A stretch of DNA of 63,431 nucleotides, counting the filler, from Octopus bimaculoides (lineage: Eukaryota), in assembly GCF_001194135.2 (NCBI RefSeq). It is 8 parts of 8 records of this genome, joined end to end, with 100 filler letters (N's around TTAATTAATTAA, not from the genome) between each part and the next. Parts side by side here need not be neighbours in the genome. Positions count along the whole stretch, not along the records: positions 22,369 to 35,726 come from NC_068985.1; positions 35,827 to 50,548 come from NC_068982.1; 6 more parts are not named here. One strand, written 5' to 3'. The translations under genes were made by a program, and so were the position numbers. Within the stretch, counting starts at the first letter, position 1. Each line of letters begins with the position of its first letter. The notes below the pieces were generated by a model. It saw nothing but the letters and a program-made list of their open reading frames with translations, was not told the origin of the DNA and searched no databases. Shown here piece after piece: positions 27,389 to 40,270 of this stretch.

Positions 27389-28385
27389 CTGAACAGCAAT
27401 AGTAAAAGAAAAAAAAAGCACTATAATATAATTTTATCATTTGTTCGTCAGTACTACACTCCTATACCATGTAATGTTAAATTAACTTGTTGAAACACGA
27501 TCACAGATACGAACGTAAATGAACTTATGCATAAAAAATATTATTCACTTGTTTAATCCACACATTGATGTATAAAGTATTGATATAGACAGAAAAAGGA
27601 AAATACTACTGATAGCAATTGATAATATAACTCTTGTTTGTACATTATAAAATGGCTTCATGCTGTTATTTGGGAAATATAAAATTATATTTTCTTCTGA
27701 ATATAATTGAATACCAAAAACACAAGTATTAAAAATCCATTAGTGTTTTTCTCTACACCGATGCAGTTTATTTATATCATGTTATTATGTTGATAGTTGC
27801 TAAATGAAATAAATATTTGATGCATTTATATAACAAAGATGGATACGATTTATTCAATAATTTAGTCTTCCAATACAAAAAAACAAAAACGCAGAAGTCA
27901 TTACGATAGTTACATTACAAGGATTTCTCAACGTTTGTGGATTTGTTGAATTTCATATATATTCGAGCATAATAGTTCTTTGAAATATATTCCTATGTAT
28001 TACGAATTTAAATGTTGTCCATAACCTGAGCGAGCTGCCCTATATAAGATCGAACTCATTCATGTTATAACCATGCACTAGTTTTCTGGGTATGTACGAA
28101 TATATTTTCGAATTTATACTTTCCCTCCTAGAGACGGTAGGACATGACTTAAGAGAGATTTGACTGTTAGTTGAAACAACTCGCACGACCTCTTGGAGTT
28201 GATGTTCTGGCATTGACTTATATTTCCTAATGCAATTCTGAGAGACACAGTGATAGCTTTCAAAAATATTTTCATTTTGTAGATAAAATATTACATATTT
28301 CATTCAAATAAATGCAACAACTTCACACCCACGATACATATCCTGCATTTAGAAATATATATGGATGATATTAAACGTATATGTA

Positions 28386-28760
28386 GAGGCGCAATGGCCC
28401 AGTGGTTAGGGCAGCGGACTCGCGGTCATGGGATCGCGGTTTCGATTGCCAGACCGGGCGTTGTGAGTGTTTATTGAGCGAAAACACCTAAAGCTCCACG
28501 AGGCTCTGGCAGGAGATGGTGGCGAACCCTGCTGTACTCTTTCATCACAATTTCTCTCACTCTTACTTCCTGTTTCTGTTGTGCCTGTAATTCAAAGGTT
28601 CAGCCTTGTCACACTGTCACGCTGAATATCCCCGAGAACTACGTTAAGGGTACACGTGTCTGTGGAGTGCTCAGCCACTTGCACGTTAATTTCAGGAGCA
28701 GGCTGTTCCGTTGATCGGATCAACTGGAACTATCGACGTCGTAATCGACGGAGTGCCAAC
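28386..28760 (+). mobile_element. tRNA-derived SINE family C
   Basis: Head ggcgcaatggcccagtggttagggcagcggactcgcg...ggtttcgattgcc with A and B boxes. The 3' half is shared with the SINE at 2565-2830. Confidence 0.75.
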
Positions 28761-28974
28761 ACACACATAAACGTATATAATGTTAGTATGCGTTTTTACA
28801 AACATCTATCAATATGAGTATATATCGCAATTCTTTGTCTCACAAACTTCTCTTTTGCTTATTGTACCAAATTTAGTGCTTCTGCTGCTTAATTAGCTTC
28901 AAAAACATAATCTAGGCATCTTGATAAGATTTAGTGCTTAAGCTCCCTAAAAAGATCCCTAAAATATATATAGG

Positions 28975-29156
28975 CACAGGAGTGGCTGTGTGGTAAGTAG
29001 CTTACTTACCAACCACATGGTCCTGGGTTCCATCCCACTGCGTGACACCTTGGGCAAGTGTCTTCTACTATAGCCTCGGCCGACCAAGGCCTTGTGAGTG
29101 GATTTGGTAGATGGAAACTGAAAGAAGCCCGTCGTATATATATATATGTATGTTAG

Positions 29157-29196
<40 letters not shown>

Positions 29197-29430
29197 TGTG
29201 TGTGTTTGTGTGTGTGTGTGTGTTTTGTGTCTGTGTTTGTCCCCTCAACATCGCTTGACAACCGATGCTGGTGTGTTTACGTCCCCGTAACGTAGTGAGT
29301 GGTTCGACAAAAGCGACCGATAGAATAAATACTAGGCTTACAAAGAATAAGTCCTGGGGTCGATTTGCTCGACTAAAGGCGGTGCTCCAGCATGGCCACA
29401 GTCAAATGACTGAAACAAGTAAAGGAGAGA
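28975..29430 (+). mobile_element. tRNA-derived SINE family B, near full length (internal (TA)/(TG) tract)
   Basis: A box tggctgtgtggtaa, B box gggttccatccc. Body ...gacggaaactgaaagaagcc...ggttcggcaaaa...ccagcatggcc...gactgaaacaagtaaa recurs at ~1960-2365(-), 5215-5435, 13555-13890(-), 31170-31370(-), 32890-33055(-), 33345-33610, 36965-37590, 38310-38510, 39785-39950(-), 55415-55790, 56900-57065(-), 59770-59900(-). Confidence 0.85.
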
Positions 29431-29529
29431 AAGAGAGACATACCTATTATGTTATTTCCTCTTGTTCCCACATTCATCTGTCTTCTCTTCATTTTCGTTT
29501 ACGTAGCGATTTTCTTCACTACTTCAAGG

Positions 29530-29835
29530 AGTGATGACCCTATCTGACACGAGTCCCGGCCACAGCTGGCTCCGGTTGACAGTGCCCGGTATGGGCCCCT
29601 ATCCAGAAAAGGGAAAGTCGGCAACCTTCAAAGAAATCCGGAGTGGAGCCTCGTAGGCGGTTTAGTGTTCAACTCGACATTCTTCCGGCCGCTCCTGCAA
29701 CCAAGCTGGTGCCAAGCTTAATGCTCTGCACTCCTTTGAACTACGTCAGCAAGGTCCTGACGACTGGGCTACCCAGGATTTTCTTACATCTACCACTGGC
29801 CTGCGCAAAACTGGAGAGGAAACCGGAGAGGACAT
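29530..29835 (+). mobile_element. GC-rich LINE 5'-region fragment (RTE-like)
   Basis: GC-rich island with ccaagctggtgccaa and ctggagaggaaac motifs resembling RTE 5' UTRs. Recognised by pattern only. Confidence 0.3.
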
Positions 29836-30287
29836 GAAATGTAAAAACCAGAGTGGATTTTTTTTATGCGCAACTCCATTATCTTCCGAGACAAAAGGAT
29901 GCCAATAACAACAACAACAACAACAAAAAGTGTTTCGCTTTTACTTTTACATCTTAGCAGAATCTTCAAATTATAGAAAATCAATATATTAACATCCATC
30001 CCACAAAGAACAAAACATAAATAAGAGGCTAATGATCATTACATAATAGATTTTTAGAACACTTACTGGAACAGATGTAGGAATGAATAATTTGAAATAG
30101 CGCATAAATTCTGTTCTTATTCTAAATGCCTTTTACTCTGTTCACAAGTTGTATCTAATTCCATTTTATATACAGCACCACATTTAGATGGGTAATTTGC
30201 ATGGGAACTATCGCAGTTTCGTGCAATCCACATATTTCTTTTTTTTATTTGCTGCACTTAAGCAGCATATCTTATATATGTGTGTGT

Positions 30288-30330
<43 letters not shown>

Positions 30331-30576
30331 NNNNNNNNNNNNNNNNNNNNNNNNNNNNNNNNNNNNNNNNNNNNNNNNNNNNNNNNNNNNNNNNNNNNNN
30401 NNNNNNNNNNNNNNNNNNNNNNNNNNNNNNNNNNNNNNNNNNNNNNNNNNNNNNNNNNNNNNNNNNNNNNNNNNNNNNNNNNNNNNNNNNNNNNNNNNNN
30501 NNNNNNNNNNNNNNNNNNNNNNNNNNNNNNNNNNNNNNNNNNNNNNNNNNNNNNNNNNNNNNNNNNNNNNNNNNNN

Positions 30577-30608
<32 letters not shown>

Positions 30609-30907
30609 GAATCTGCATGCGTATGAACATTAAGGCATGCCTACAAGTTTAGATATGATGACGTAAGTATTTCACTGTTTGTGTATCCATCTTTATTCTT
30701 GTTTGTACATTTGTGTTTGGTTACTTGTTGAAATATTTAATCCCCTGCCACTGAGTTCGTAGAAATGCTTTGAAATGTTGACTTTGAATTGCATTACCAT
30801 ATGCGATATGGTGTTTGAAATCTTAGTATATTTGTCTACATATCTCTCAGAACGTAGCTTCCTTCAGTTAAACAATAAATTGGAATCATGCCAGGATCGA
30901 ATAAAGT

Positions 30908-30946
<39 letters not shown>

Positions 30947-31374
30947 CGTCCAATGATTACATTATATCATCTACAGTAAGCGTTTCAATGGTTCTATAAT
31001 GATTCCGTTTTAAATTAAGTGACCTTCATTCACGGTCACCTAACATAATTTACCAGTGAAATTGCCAATTGTAAACCTCTGTCCATGCTTGATTTACGAT
31101 TAACTATTCTACCTGCACGGATCACATTTCTTCTGACATAAATGGATTTGGAATAATCTTTACCTTTTATTTGTTACTTCAGTCATTTGATTTCGGCCGG
31201 CCATGCTGGGGTACCGCCTGGAAGGGTTTTAGTCTAATGAATAGACACCAAGACGTATTTCTTTGAAAGCCTGGTACTTATTCTATCGGTCACTTTTGCC
31301 GAAACTTTAGGCTAAAGGGACGAAAAGAAACCAACACCTGCCGTCAAGCGGTAGTGGCGGACATACACAAAGGG

Positions 31375-31500
31375 ATACACATATAGATATATACATTACA
31401 TGACATACACACACAGACACACATATAGATATATACATTACATGACATACACACACAGACACACATATAGATATATACATTACATGACACACACACACAT
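31375..31500 (+). repeat. ~42-bp tandem repeat, 3 copies
   Basis: acacatatagatatatacattacatgacatacacacacagac repeated. Confidence 0.75.
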
Positions 31501-31554
31501 GCAAGCACACACACACACACACACACACACATGCAAGCACACACACACACACAC

Positions 31555-32430
31555 ACAGAGTGCGGTGAATAAATTGTCGTCAAAATTACGCAAAAATGAA
31601 AATAACACTGACATCCCATTTTAACAGATAAATTAGCCAAAATTACATAAAAATAACTTCAAATATTACGGAAATTTACTTGCATAGCAAGTGACCTGAT
31701 CTGAGATCGTGTGCTCGAACGTTGTCATCACTAGCTATCACTCCAAACAATATGATGTTGACTGGATGTTTGATTTTTATCACTCTCGGTACATGCTTTG
31801 GTTGACACGGCAGGTCAACGGTTGTTCTGCGCGTTCACCATCTGATCTTGGCAAAATTTTTTCTCATGTGAGAAAACCCAAAGCATGTTCGGTTGGAATG
31901 GATGCGTGAATTCGTTCGAAAGCTTTGTCACGTGGTCTTTTCTCTTGTCCTTGATAGATTGGGGTAAAAATTGGCCTTTTCGTAACTTGAATGAATAATA
32001 CCGAATGTCTTCATGCACTACCTGCCCGATAAGAAGCTCAGACGCTCCCACGTCCATGACGATAGACCTGATTGACTTGGATATATCGTTATCAATCATG
32101 GCCTGGATCTCACAAACAAATTCCGGATCTCTTTTCTTCTAAGAATGATAGAGTGCGTTTTGTTTTTCGAGCTGTCGTACCTTCGTAATCACTATTAGAT
32201 TCAACCAACATTTTTTGAATCCTCTGCACTGTCCTCGGATTGACATCCAAACACACTGAACTATTCGTATTGGAACTTCCGAGCGAATGCCAAGCAGTAC
32301 ACCATGTCGTTTCCAAATTTCTGGCAGAGTGAATCGTGTCATGGTGCTGTTTTTCTCACAGACGGTGCCCAACTAACCGTACTATACTGTGTAGTCGACA
32401 AAATCAAAAACAAACAATGCGCATGTGCGG
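31555..32430 (-). mobile_element. Tc1/mariner DD37D relic, internally deleted
   Basis: FSHEKKFCQDQMVNAQNNR motif. Both ends are homologous to 38525-39460. Confidence 0.75.
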
Positions 32431-32472
32431 AATAAAAAATATTAAATGGTTACAATTTACCCATCGAATCCA

Positions 32473-32521
<49 letters not shown>

Positions 32522-32846
32522 NNNNNNNNNNNNNNNNNNNNNNNNNNNNNNNNNNNNNNNNNNNNNNNNNNNNNNNNNNNNNNNNNNNNNNNNNNNNNNN
32601 NNNNNNNNNNNNNNNNNNNNNNNNNNNNNNNNNNNNNNNNNNNNNNNNNNNNNNNNNNNNNNNNNNNNNNNNNNNNNNNNNNNNNNNNNNNNNNNNNNNN
32701 NNNNNNNNNNNNNNNNNNNNNNNNNNNNNNNNNNNNNNNNNNNNNNNNNNNNNNNNNNNNNNNNNNNNNNNNNNNNNNNNNNNNNNNNNNNNNNNNNNNN
32801 NNNNNNNNNNNNNNNNNNNNNNNNNNNNNNNNNNNNNNNNNNNNNN

Positions 32847-32889
<43 letters not shown>

Positions 32890-33070
32890 TAAGTACTTCT
32901 TTCAGTTCCCGTCTACCAAATCCACATACAAGATTTTGGGTCTTTGCTCGGCCTGGGCCTATAGCAAAAGACACTTGCTCAAGGTGCTATGCAGACGGCT
33001 GGGACTGGGAACCATGTGGTTGTGAAGCAATCTTCTCACCACGATTACGTCTGCACTTCGGCGCAGTTAC

Positions 33071-33215
33071 CTTCTCGATACGCGACATATAATTTGTTGA
33101 ACCATTTGGGAATTACAAGTGCAGACGCATTTGCAGCTGATCCCTTGTCAGAATTGTCATGGTTTGATGTATTAAAGAAGAATGGAGCATGAGTTTTTGT
33201 CAATAAATTTCTTTG
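33071..33215 (-). CDS. Candidate internal exon (minus-strand gene)
   Basis: Long polypyrimidine acceptor ttgttttgtcttttcttgtaag, donor AAG|GTAACT, 145 nt open, phase 0 to 1: QRNLLTKTHAPFFFNTSNHDNSDKGSAANASALVIPKWFNKLYVAYRE. Confidence 0.3.
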
Positions 33216-33905
33216 CTTACAAGAAAAGACAAAACAATAACAGCCACTTATGACTAACGCGAAATATTTTCAAAGAAGGGAAAATGCTTTACCATGTTCT
33301 CAATATTTTTATGTCTCTCATTAAAGAAATTCGTCAGCACAGCAGGCGTGTCTTCGTGGTAAGAACAAATCATATGGTTCCGGGTTCAGTCACGCTGCGT
33401 GGCACATTAGACAAGTGTCTTTTACTATAACCTCGGAAAAGGGTCTTTAATATAACAGACATTAGTGGCTTTACAACTCCGTATGCTAGCGGTTCGGCGA
33501 AGGAGATTGACAATAAAAAAAGAAAGAAAATGCATTGAGATCGATTCGTTCGACTAACATTCTTCAAGGCAGTGGCTCATTGTGGTTGCAGTAAACAAGT
33601 AAAAAATGAAAGATAAAATATAAAAGATAACACGAACATGAGTATTTGGTTCCAGAATGTAGTTGGGAACTAGGTTGCCGCGGTGTTAGTCACGCAGGGA
33701 AGCAATTAAGTTATTTTGGCTACGTTGCTGCGCTCGGAGAAACTTTGTTTACGAGAACCTTATGCAAGATATTATGATATCGTGTATGTCAATTGTATCA
33801 GCACAGACAGATGGTAAGGCGACGAGCTGGCAGAAACGTTAGCACGCCGTGCGAAATGATTAGCGGTATTTCGTCTGTGTGACACCGGTTGAAATGCTTA
33901 GCGGT

Positions 33906-35726
33906 GTAACGGCTCCGTGAGTTTGGATTTATTAGTAATTATTTGAGTGCGTTTGTATAGTAAGTGCAAGTTTCTATTGACTGTTCTTGTGTTATTTCCT
34001 GTTATAATTATTTGTGTGATAATCTTCGTTCGAAAACTATCGTGTGTTCTCCCCTGTGGGGGAAACATTAATCGCTGGCAAGATGCCGAATAGTGTATCT
34101 TCGTCTGGTTAAGAGTTAACCGATGGAAAACATATTGAAAGTTTATTGTTTGGAGATGTTTCAGATTCTTCTGAAGGTAAATCGCCAAAACCAACGAATT
34201 CTACTGTGAAAAGCCTTCAAACAGAAGGAAAACGAAAAAGAAGTTTTGCGTCGGCGGCTGGAGGTGGAACCCGCCAGCTGTCGACAAGCGAAAGCGACCT
34301 ACTAATGTACAAAGACATGATTACAATTCAAGACGGTGTTGTCAAAATCCAACCCCCAGAGGATTATTTATTGTCAGAAAAAAAGAAAACTATCATATAC
34401 AAGACATACTGTAAAAAAGAAAGAAGAATTGAGCGAGTAAGCGAGGAGAGAGTGGAAAAATGTTTGAAATCCATCTGGCAGGATATCATATATCTGACCA
34501 GAGGTAAAAAGTTTGGTACCATCGAGGTACAACTAAAAAATACTGAAACGGCACAGATGCACTCGATAAATTCATTGAAAACAGACGATTTAATTCTAAT
34601 ACCTATATACATGGGTATGAGGACTGCCAACATACGAATAACAAAGGTCCCTCCTAAAGTCGACCCTATGTGGTTGATGGCGGCGGTCCTGGCAAAAAAA
34701 AAATAGAGGAGATAAATATCCTTCAGGCTAACGTCTCTGAAAAGGCAAATTGGACCGGACACATGGTCCACTTCATTATACAAACAGAACAAACTGTTTT
34801 AGAACATCTTCCAGAAAAAAATAGAAGTTGGGGAGGAGTTGTTCCTCAACGTTTTTGTCGAGGGGCGTAAATCCCGATGTTTTCAGTGCGGTCAGATAGG
34901 CCATATAAAAAAATACTGTAAGGAAGGCGAGGAGGAATCTGAAGGTGAGGAGGAAGAGAAAGATAAAGAAACCGAAGGAAAGAAAATTACCAGTAAAAGA
35001 AAAATAGAAAATGCTAACCAAGTAAAACAAGTAGAACAACGACCAACAAAAGCAGCAAAAAGAAACCGACCACAAATAACAAGGAAAGAAGTGGAGGACA
35101 GAGGGATAGTAGCACTTCACAGCAAAAATGTTGATTTAATGAGAGAAATAAAAGCAAAAAAATCAGCCACCAGAATAGCAGAACTGTCTGAAAAATTTCA
35201 AAATTATGAACTATACGAAATGGATTCAAAGACTCATAAGATTTTAATAAATACATACAGAACGTCTGTATCGGCAATGACACTGGAATTTAACCAGTCC
35301 ATTTTTCAAGACTTGCCACCTCCGACCCTATGTCAAGAAAAGGTGGAGAGTCCCTCTCCACCGGACGAGCACTGATTAACAGGTAAGACATGTCTGTTCA
35401 CATTGGTTGCTTAAATGTTCGTGGCCTGTTGTCTAGCTGGAAGCAAGGACGCTTCCTAAATGACATCAGGTCAAGAAAATTGGATGTGATTGTTGCAACG
35501 GAAACCCGAGTAAAGAGGCCAAGAGATCTGTCCCCCCCTCCTGAACGGCTACGAGAAATACGTTTCTGCGAGTCGGGCGGGAGGTGGGGGTGGGGTGTTG
35601 GTCCTACTAAAAAGAAACCGGGTAACCGAGAAAAAGTTGTTTTTTTCTGATCCAGAAGGCAGGCTGGTCGTTCTTGACCTGACATTCAGTTGTGGCAAGA
35701 TAATCAGGTTAGTTGCTATTTATGCA
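33906..35726 (+). mobile_element. Tx1/L1-clade non-LTR retrotransposon, 5' part (5'UTR, ORF1, start of ORF2)
   Basis: ORF1 (~34123-35375, frameshifted) has a CCHC knuckle CFQCGQIGHIKKYC. ORF2 starts at 35390 with an APE endonuclease: MSVHIGCLNVRGL...LDVIVATETR...DPEGRLVVLDL...RLVAIYA. Truncated by a gap. Confidence 0.85.
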
Positions 35727-36035
35727 NNNNNNNNNNNNNNNNNNNNNNNNNNNNNNNNNNNNNNNNNNNNTTAATTAATTAANNNNNNNNNNNNNNNNNN
35801 NNNNNNNNNNNNNNNNNNNNNNNNNNTTCATAGTACCATCCATTTTTATTTTATATTATATATTGTATATTATATTATATAATGTATATTCCATATTCTA
35901 TATCCCACATTGGTTTTGCAGGAATATAAATAAAACATAAAAAACAGACAGTGTTGGAACTCTTTTAAACAAAATAATATATTCCTCTATACACAATCAT
36001 ACAAAAAAAAACCCTTTTTTGTATTTATTTTTACT

Positions 36036-36074
<39 letters not shown>

Positions 36075-37131
36075 AGGAATGTAGCAGCATGCCACAACAG
36101 CACATGCTTCCACATCTGACCTGATAGTTCCACTGGATCAGGAGTAACTTGGGGCTAAACAGCAGATGCAGTAGCAGCAGCAACAACAGCATTGGCAATG
36201 ACAGCAGCAACAAATAGTTGTAATATGCAAATAAAAAATTTCCAGAAACCTCTTCGTTTATTATACTAGGGCATAAAATGAATATAAAATAGTAAAAACT
36301 AAAACAAAACATGATTTTTGTTAGCTGTCTTTCATTTTTTTTGTGTGTGTGAATTGAGAATTTCAGAACATATTGAAATCATGTAAAATCACATTGAAAC
36401 ATCATTTAAATGAACTTAAATTCACTAATACATATTATATATATATGTTGCTTATTCCATTAGAAATCAACAGAAGTTCTTGAAAAGATCACATTATGAA
36501 TAGAGCATCCATCATCATATTTCCCACCATTAAGCAACAAAAGAAAGTTTTATTTTTTGATTGGAAAATGGTAGCAGCTGTTCATTATTATTATTTTTTT
36601 TCCATTAAACCACAAATACCACACATATGCTCACAACTTCTTCCCCTACCACGAACACACACAAACACACGTGTTGTATGTGTACATGTGTATGCACACA
36701 CATGCACATCTTAAGCGGGTTATTTTTTCCCCCTTTCTTGCCCTTTCTCTTTGGCTTTTGTCTGTCAACAGGTTGTTTTAATGCTCACTATTCTACAGGC
36801 TCATGTTTTACATGACTCTGGAGTGATGAAAAATAAAGTCAAAACTAGAAACTGTAATGTATTTTGTCCCACATTCTTCAGGCTTTCTTATTTACTTCCA
36901 TCATCATTTTACTGGCTATTTTCATGCTTTTAAGTTAAATCAAGTCATTCCCATAGCATTTCTGCCATTGTAGCAGTATGTTTGTGTGGTTGGGAAGTTC
37001 ACTTCACAACCACATGGATTTGGGTTCAGTTCCATTGCAGGGCATCTTGAGTGAGGGTCTCCGGCTGTCCTCAAGCCAATCAAAGTCATACAAATGGATT
37101 TTAGTAGGGAGAAACAGAAAGAAAACCACTG

Positions 37132-37163
<32 letters not shown>

Positions 37164-38524
37164 TGTCATTATTCAATTTTATTTCAAGATTTCTTGCCAA
37201 CAGAGAAAGAGCCAGTTTCTAATCTAGATACAAGGCTCCATTGGAATTTCAACATCAAGAACTGGGCAGCTGATTTCCACAATTTGTGGGTGGATTTGGG
37301 AGACGGAAACTGAAAGAAGCCTGTCTGGTAGACGGAAACTGAAAGAAGCCTGTCGTATATATGTATATATATGTGTGTATATGTTTGTGTGTCTTTGTTT
37401 GTCCCCCCAACATCACTTGACAACCGATGTTGGTGTGTTTATGTACCCGTAACTTAGCGGTTCGGCAAAACAGACCGATAGAATAAGTACTAGGCTTACA
37501 AAGAATAAGTCCTGGGGTCGATTTGCTAGACTAAAGGCAGTGCTCTAGCATTGCCGCAGTCAAATGACTGAAACAAGTAAAAAGAAAGAGAAAGAGTGAG
37601 TATGCACGTATGCATGCATGTATACGTGAAAATATGTATTTAAGTATGTGTATTTGTAAGTGAACATGTGTATGTCTCCTAACCACAAATCAACCTGACA
37701 TTTCATGTCTTTGAAGCTGTGTAAAATATGCAATACTTTACTTGAAAAGTATGTAAGGTTTTGTGTCAGAAAGGGCAGCTAGCTGTAACTCTATGTCAAA
37801 CAATATGTTAGTCTGGGTAAAGCATGCATAGAAAAGACAGATGTAGAATGAACAAATAAATAAACAAACATTTTGTTCCATATTTTATTGATTCTATCAA
37901 CCTTACCACCTTAACAATAACAACAGTAATAGTAACATCATCAATTACATTGATTTTGAACATTAACATAAGTTCATACTTTGACAGCTGAGCATAGTAA
38001 GTAAAATCAATTCTAGTATCTAACTGGTATTTATTTTATTGATCCCAGTAGGATAAAGAGATAAAAGGCAAAGTTGACTTCAACAGGATTCGAAATCAGA
38101 ATTCAGAGAGTTATTCTAATAACATCAAAAAGAGTTTCTCACGATTGTAGATATGATTTATTAGAAAGAGGAAGGAAACTACATGACTGTCTCTTTTTTT
38201 GCATAGAATATTGTCTATAAAAGGTGGGTTTTTTTCTTTAATTGTCCATTGTACACCTAGGATATTTTCATAAAGTTCATGGTGATGATGATGATGATGA
38301 TTTACGTGTGTGTATTTGTGTCTGTGGTTGTCCCCTGCTATCACTCGACAACTGATGTGCTTATGTCCCTGAAAATTAGTGGTTCGGCAAAAGAGACTGA
38401 TAGAATAAGTACTTGGCTTACAAAGAATAAGTCCTGGGGTTGATTTGTTCGACTAAAGGTGGTGCTCCAGCATGGCTGCAGCCAAAATGACTGAAACAAG
38501 TAAAAGAATAAAAGAAAAAGTATT

Positions 38525-39460
38525 TTTAATTTCATGCATGTGCATTATTTGTTTTTGATTTTGTCAATTACACAGTATGGAATTAAAAATACTTCTGTGA
38601 AAAAATACTTCTGTGAAAAAAATAGCACTATGATGCAATTCACTCTGCCAGAAATTTGGAAATGACATGCTGTACTGCTTGGCATTCGCACCAAAAGCTC
38701 CAGCATGAACATTTCAGAGTGTTTGGGACAGTGCAATCTGTTGACATGTACCAAGAGTGATGAAAATCAAATATCCAGTCAACATCATGGTGTTTGGAGT
38801 GATCACTAGTGATGGCGACATTATACCTCCATTCATTCTCCCACATTATGCCTCTATTCATTCTCCCTCAGGTTCAACATGGAAGCCTACCTCAAGTGCC
38901 TGGAGGAGGCAGTGCTGTCCTGGATCAAGAAGGTGGCTGCTGGAAGACCCTATGTCTGGCAACAGGACTCTGCACCATGCTACACAAGCAGGAGAACTTA
39001 GTCATGGCTGTTAGACAATTTTTGTGACCACATCGCCCCTAACATCTGGCTACCTAACTCCCCAGGCTGCAACTCCCTTGATTATTTTGTGTGGGACAAG
39101 AGACCAACAAGAGAGCAAGAGACCAACAAGAGAGCAAGAGACCAACAAGAGAGCAAGAGACCAACAAGAGAGCAAGAGACCAACAAAACTCCTTGTAACA
39201 CCAAAGATGAACCAAAAGCAAGGATTATGGCAGCATTCACAAACTTAAACAAAGAGACCATCCAGAAGAGTTGCAGGAGATTCCGACGTCATCTGGAGGC
39301 TCTGATTGAAGCCAATGGTAATTTTATTGAATAAATTTACTCTTTAGAATTTAAAGATATTTTTATGTAATTTTGGTCAATATATCTGTTAAAATGAGAT
39401 GTCAGTGTTATTTTCATTTTTGCATAATTTAGATGACAATATATTCACTGCACCTTGTTT
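38525..39460 (+). mobile_element. Tc1/mariner DD37D (maT-type) transposon relic
   Basis: YVWQQDSAPCYTSRRT*SWL...PNIWLPNSPGCNSLDYFVW, with 37 residues between the last two catalytic Asp. Ends are shared with the copies at 8.7k and 31.6k. Confidence 0.8.
39097..39186 (+). repeat. 19-bp minisatellite, ~4.7 copies, inside the mariner relic
   Basis: Unit CAAGAGACCAACAAGAGAG, perfect copies. Confidence 0.9.
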
Positions 39461-39962
39461 ATTATATAGTTGTTGGTTATGGCCAGTCAGAAAGTTAACA
39501 TTAGTTTCATGTCTATTATCACTCATAGCAATATAGATGCCTCAGCAAACATGCTAGGCAGAGGCGCATAACCTCTTTGCTAAAGATCAGTAGAGAGATT
39601 ATGTGCCTCCAGCCAACATGTCTGATGAGTCATCTATATTGCTAACCACAATGACAGATGTGAAATCAATAACTTTCTGACCAGCCATAATATGACCTAT
39701 ATATATATACATATATAGCTAAATCCCCCATACTTTGAACTAAATCCCCATACTTTGTGTGTATGTATATATATATATATATATATGATGGGCATCTTTC
39801 AGTTTCCATCTACCAAATCCACTCACAAGGCTTTGGTTGGTTGGAGCCTATAGTAGAAGGCACTTGCCCAAGCTATCACGCTGTGGGACTGAACCCAGAA
39901 CCATGTGGTTGGTAAGCAAGCTACTTACCATACAGCCACTCCTGCACCTATGTATATATATA

Positions 39963-40270
39963 TCACCATCATCATCATCATCATCGTCATTTAACGTCTG
40001 CTTTCCATGCTGGCATGGGTTGGACGGTTTGACTAAGGGCTGGCGAGCCAGAAGGCTGCACCAGGCTCCAATCCGATCTGGCAATGTTTCTACAGCTGGA
40101 TGCCCTTCCTAATGCCAACCACTCCAAGAGTGCAGTGGGTGCTTTTTACGTACCACTGGCACAAGGGCCAGTCAAGTGGTACTGGCACTGGCCACGCTTG
40201 AATGGTGCTTTTTACATACCACCAGCACAGAACCAGTCAGGCGGCACTGGCATCGACCATGCTCGAATGG
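39963..40270 (-). mobile_element. RTE-clade LINE 3'UTR
   Basis: Same family 3'UTR with a (GAT)n tail. Confidence 0.65.

Noticed and set aside
28040-28303. 87-aa minus-strand ORF with a protein-like look
   Set aside because: No recognisable motif, ambiguous frame and no phase fit with neighbouring candidate exons.
28386-28460. tRNA genes
   Set aside because: The A and B box heads continue into SINE bodies and lack an intact cloverleaf 3' acceptor stem.
29545-29640. HDV-like ribozyme at the RTE-like 5' fragment
   Set aside because: I could not assign P1, P1.1, P2 and P3 pairings by eye. An RNArobo or Infernal search would be needed.
39097-39186. CRISPR-like array
   Set aside because: Head-to-tail units without spacers in a eukaryotic transposon. 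An ordinary minisatellite.
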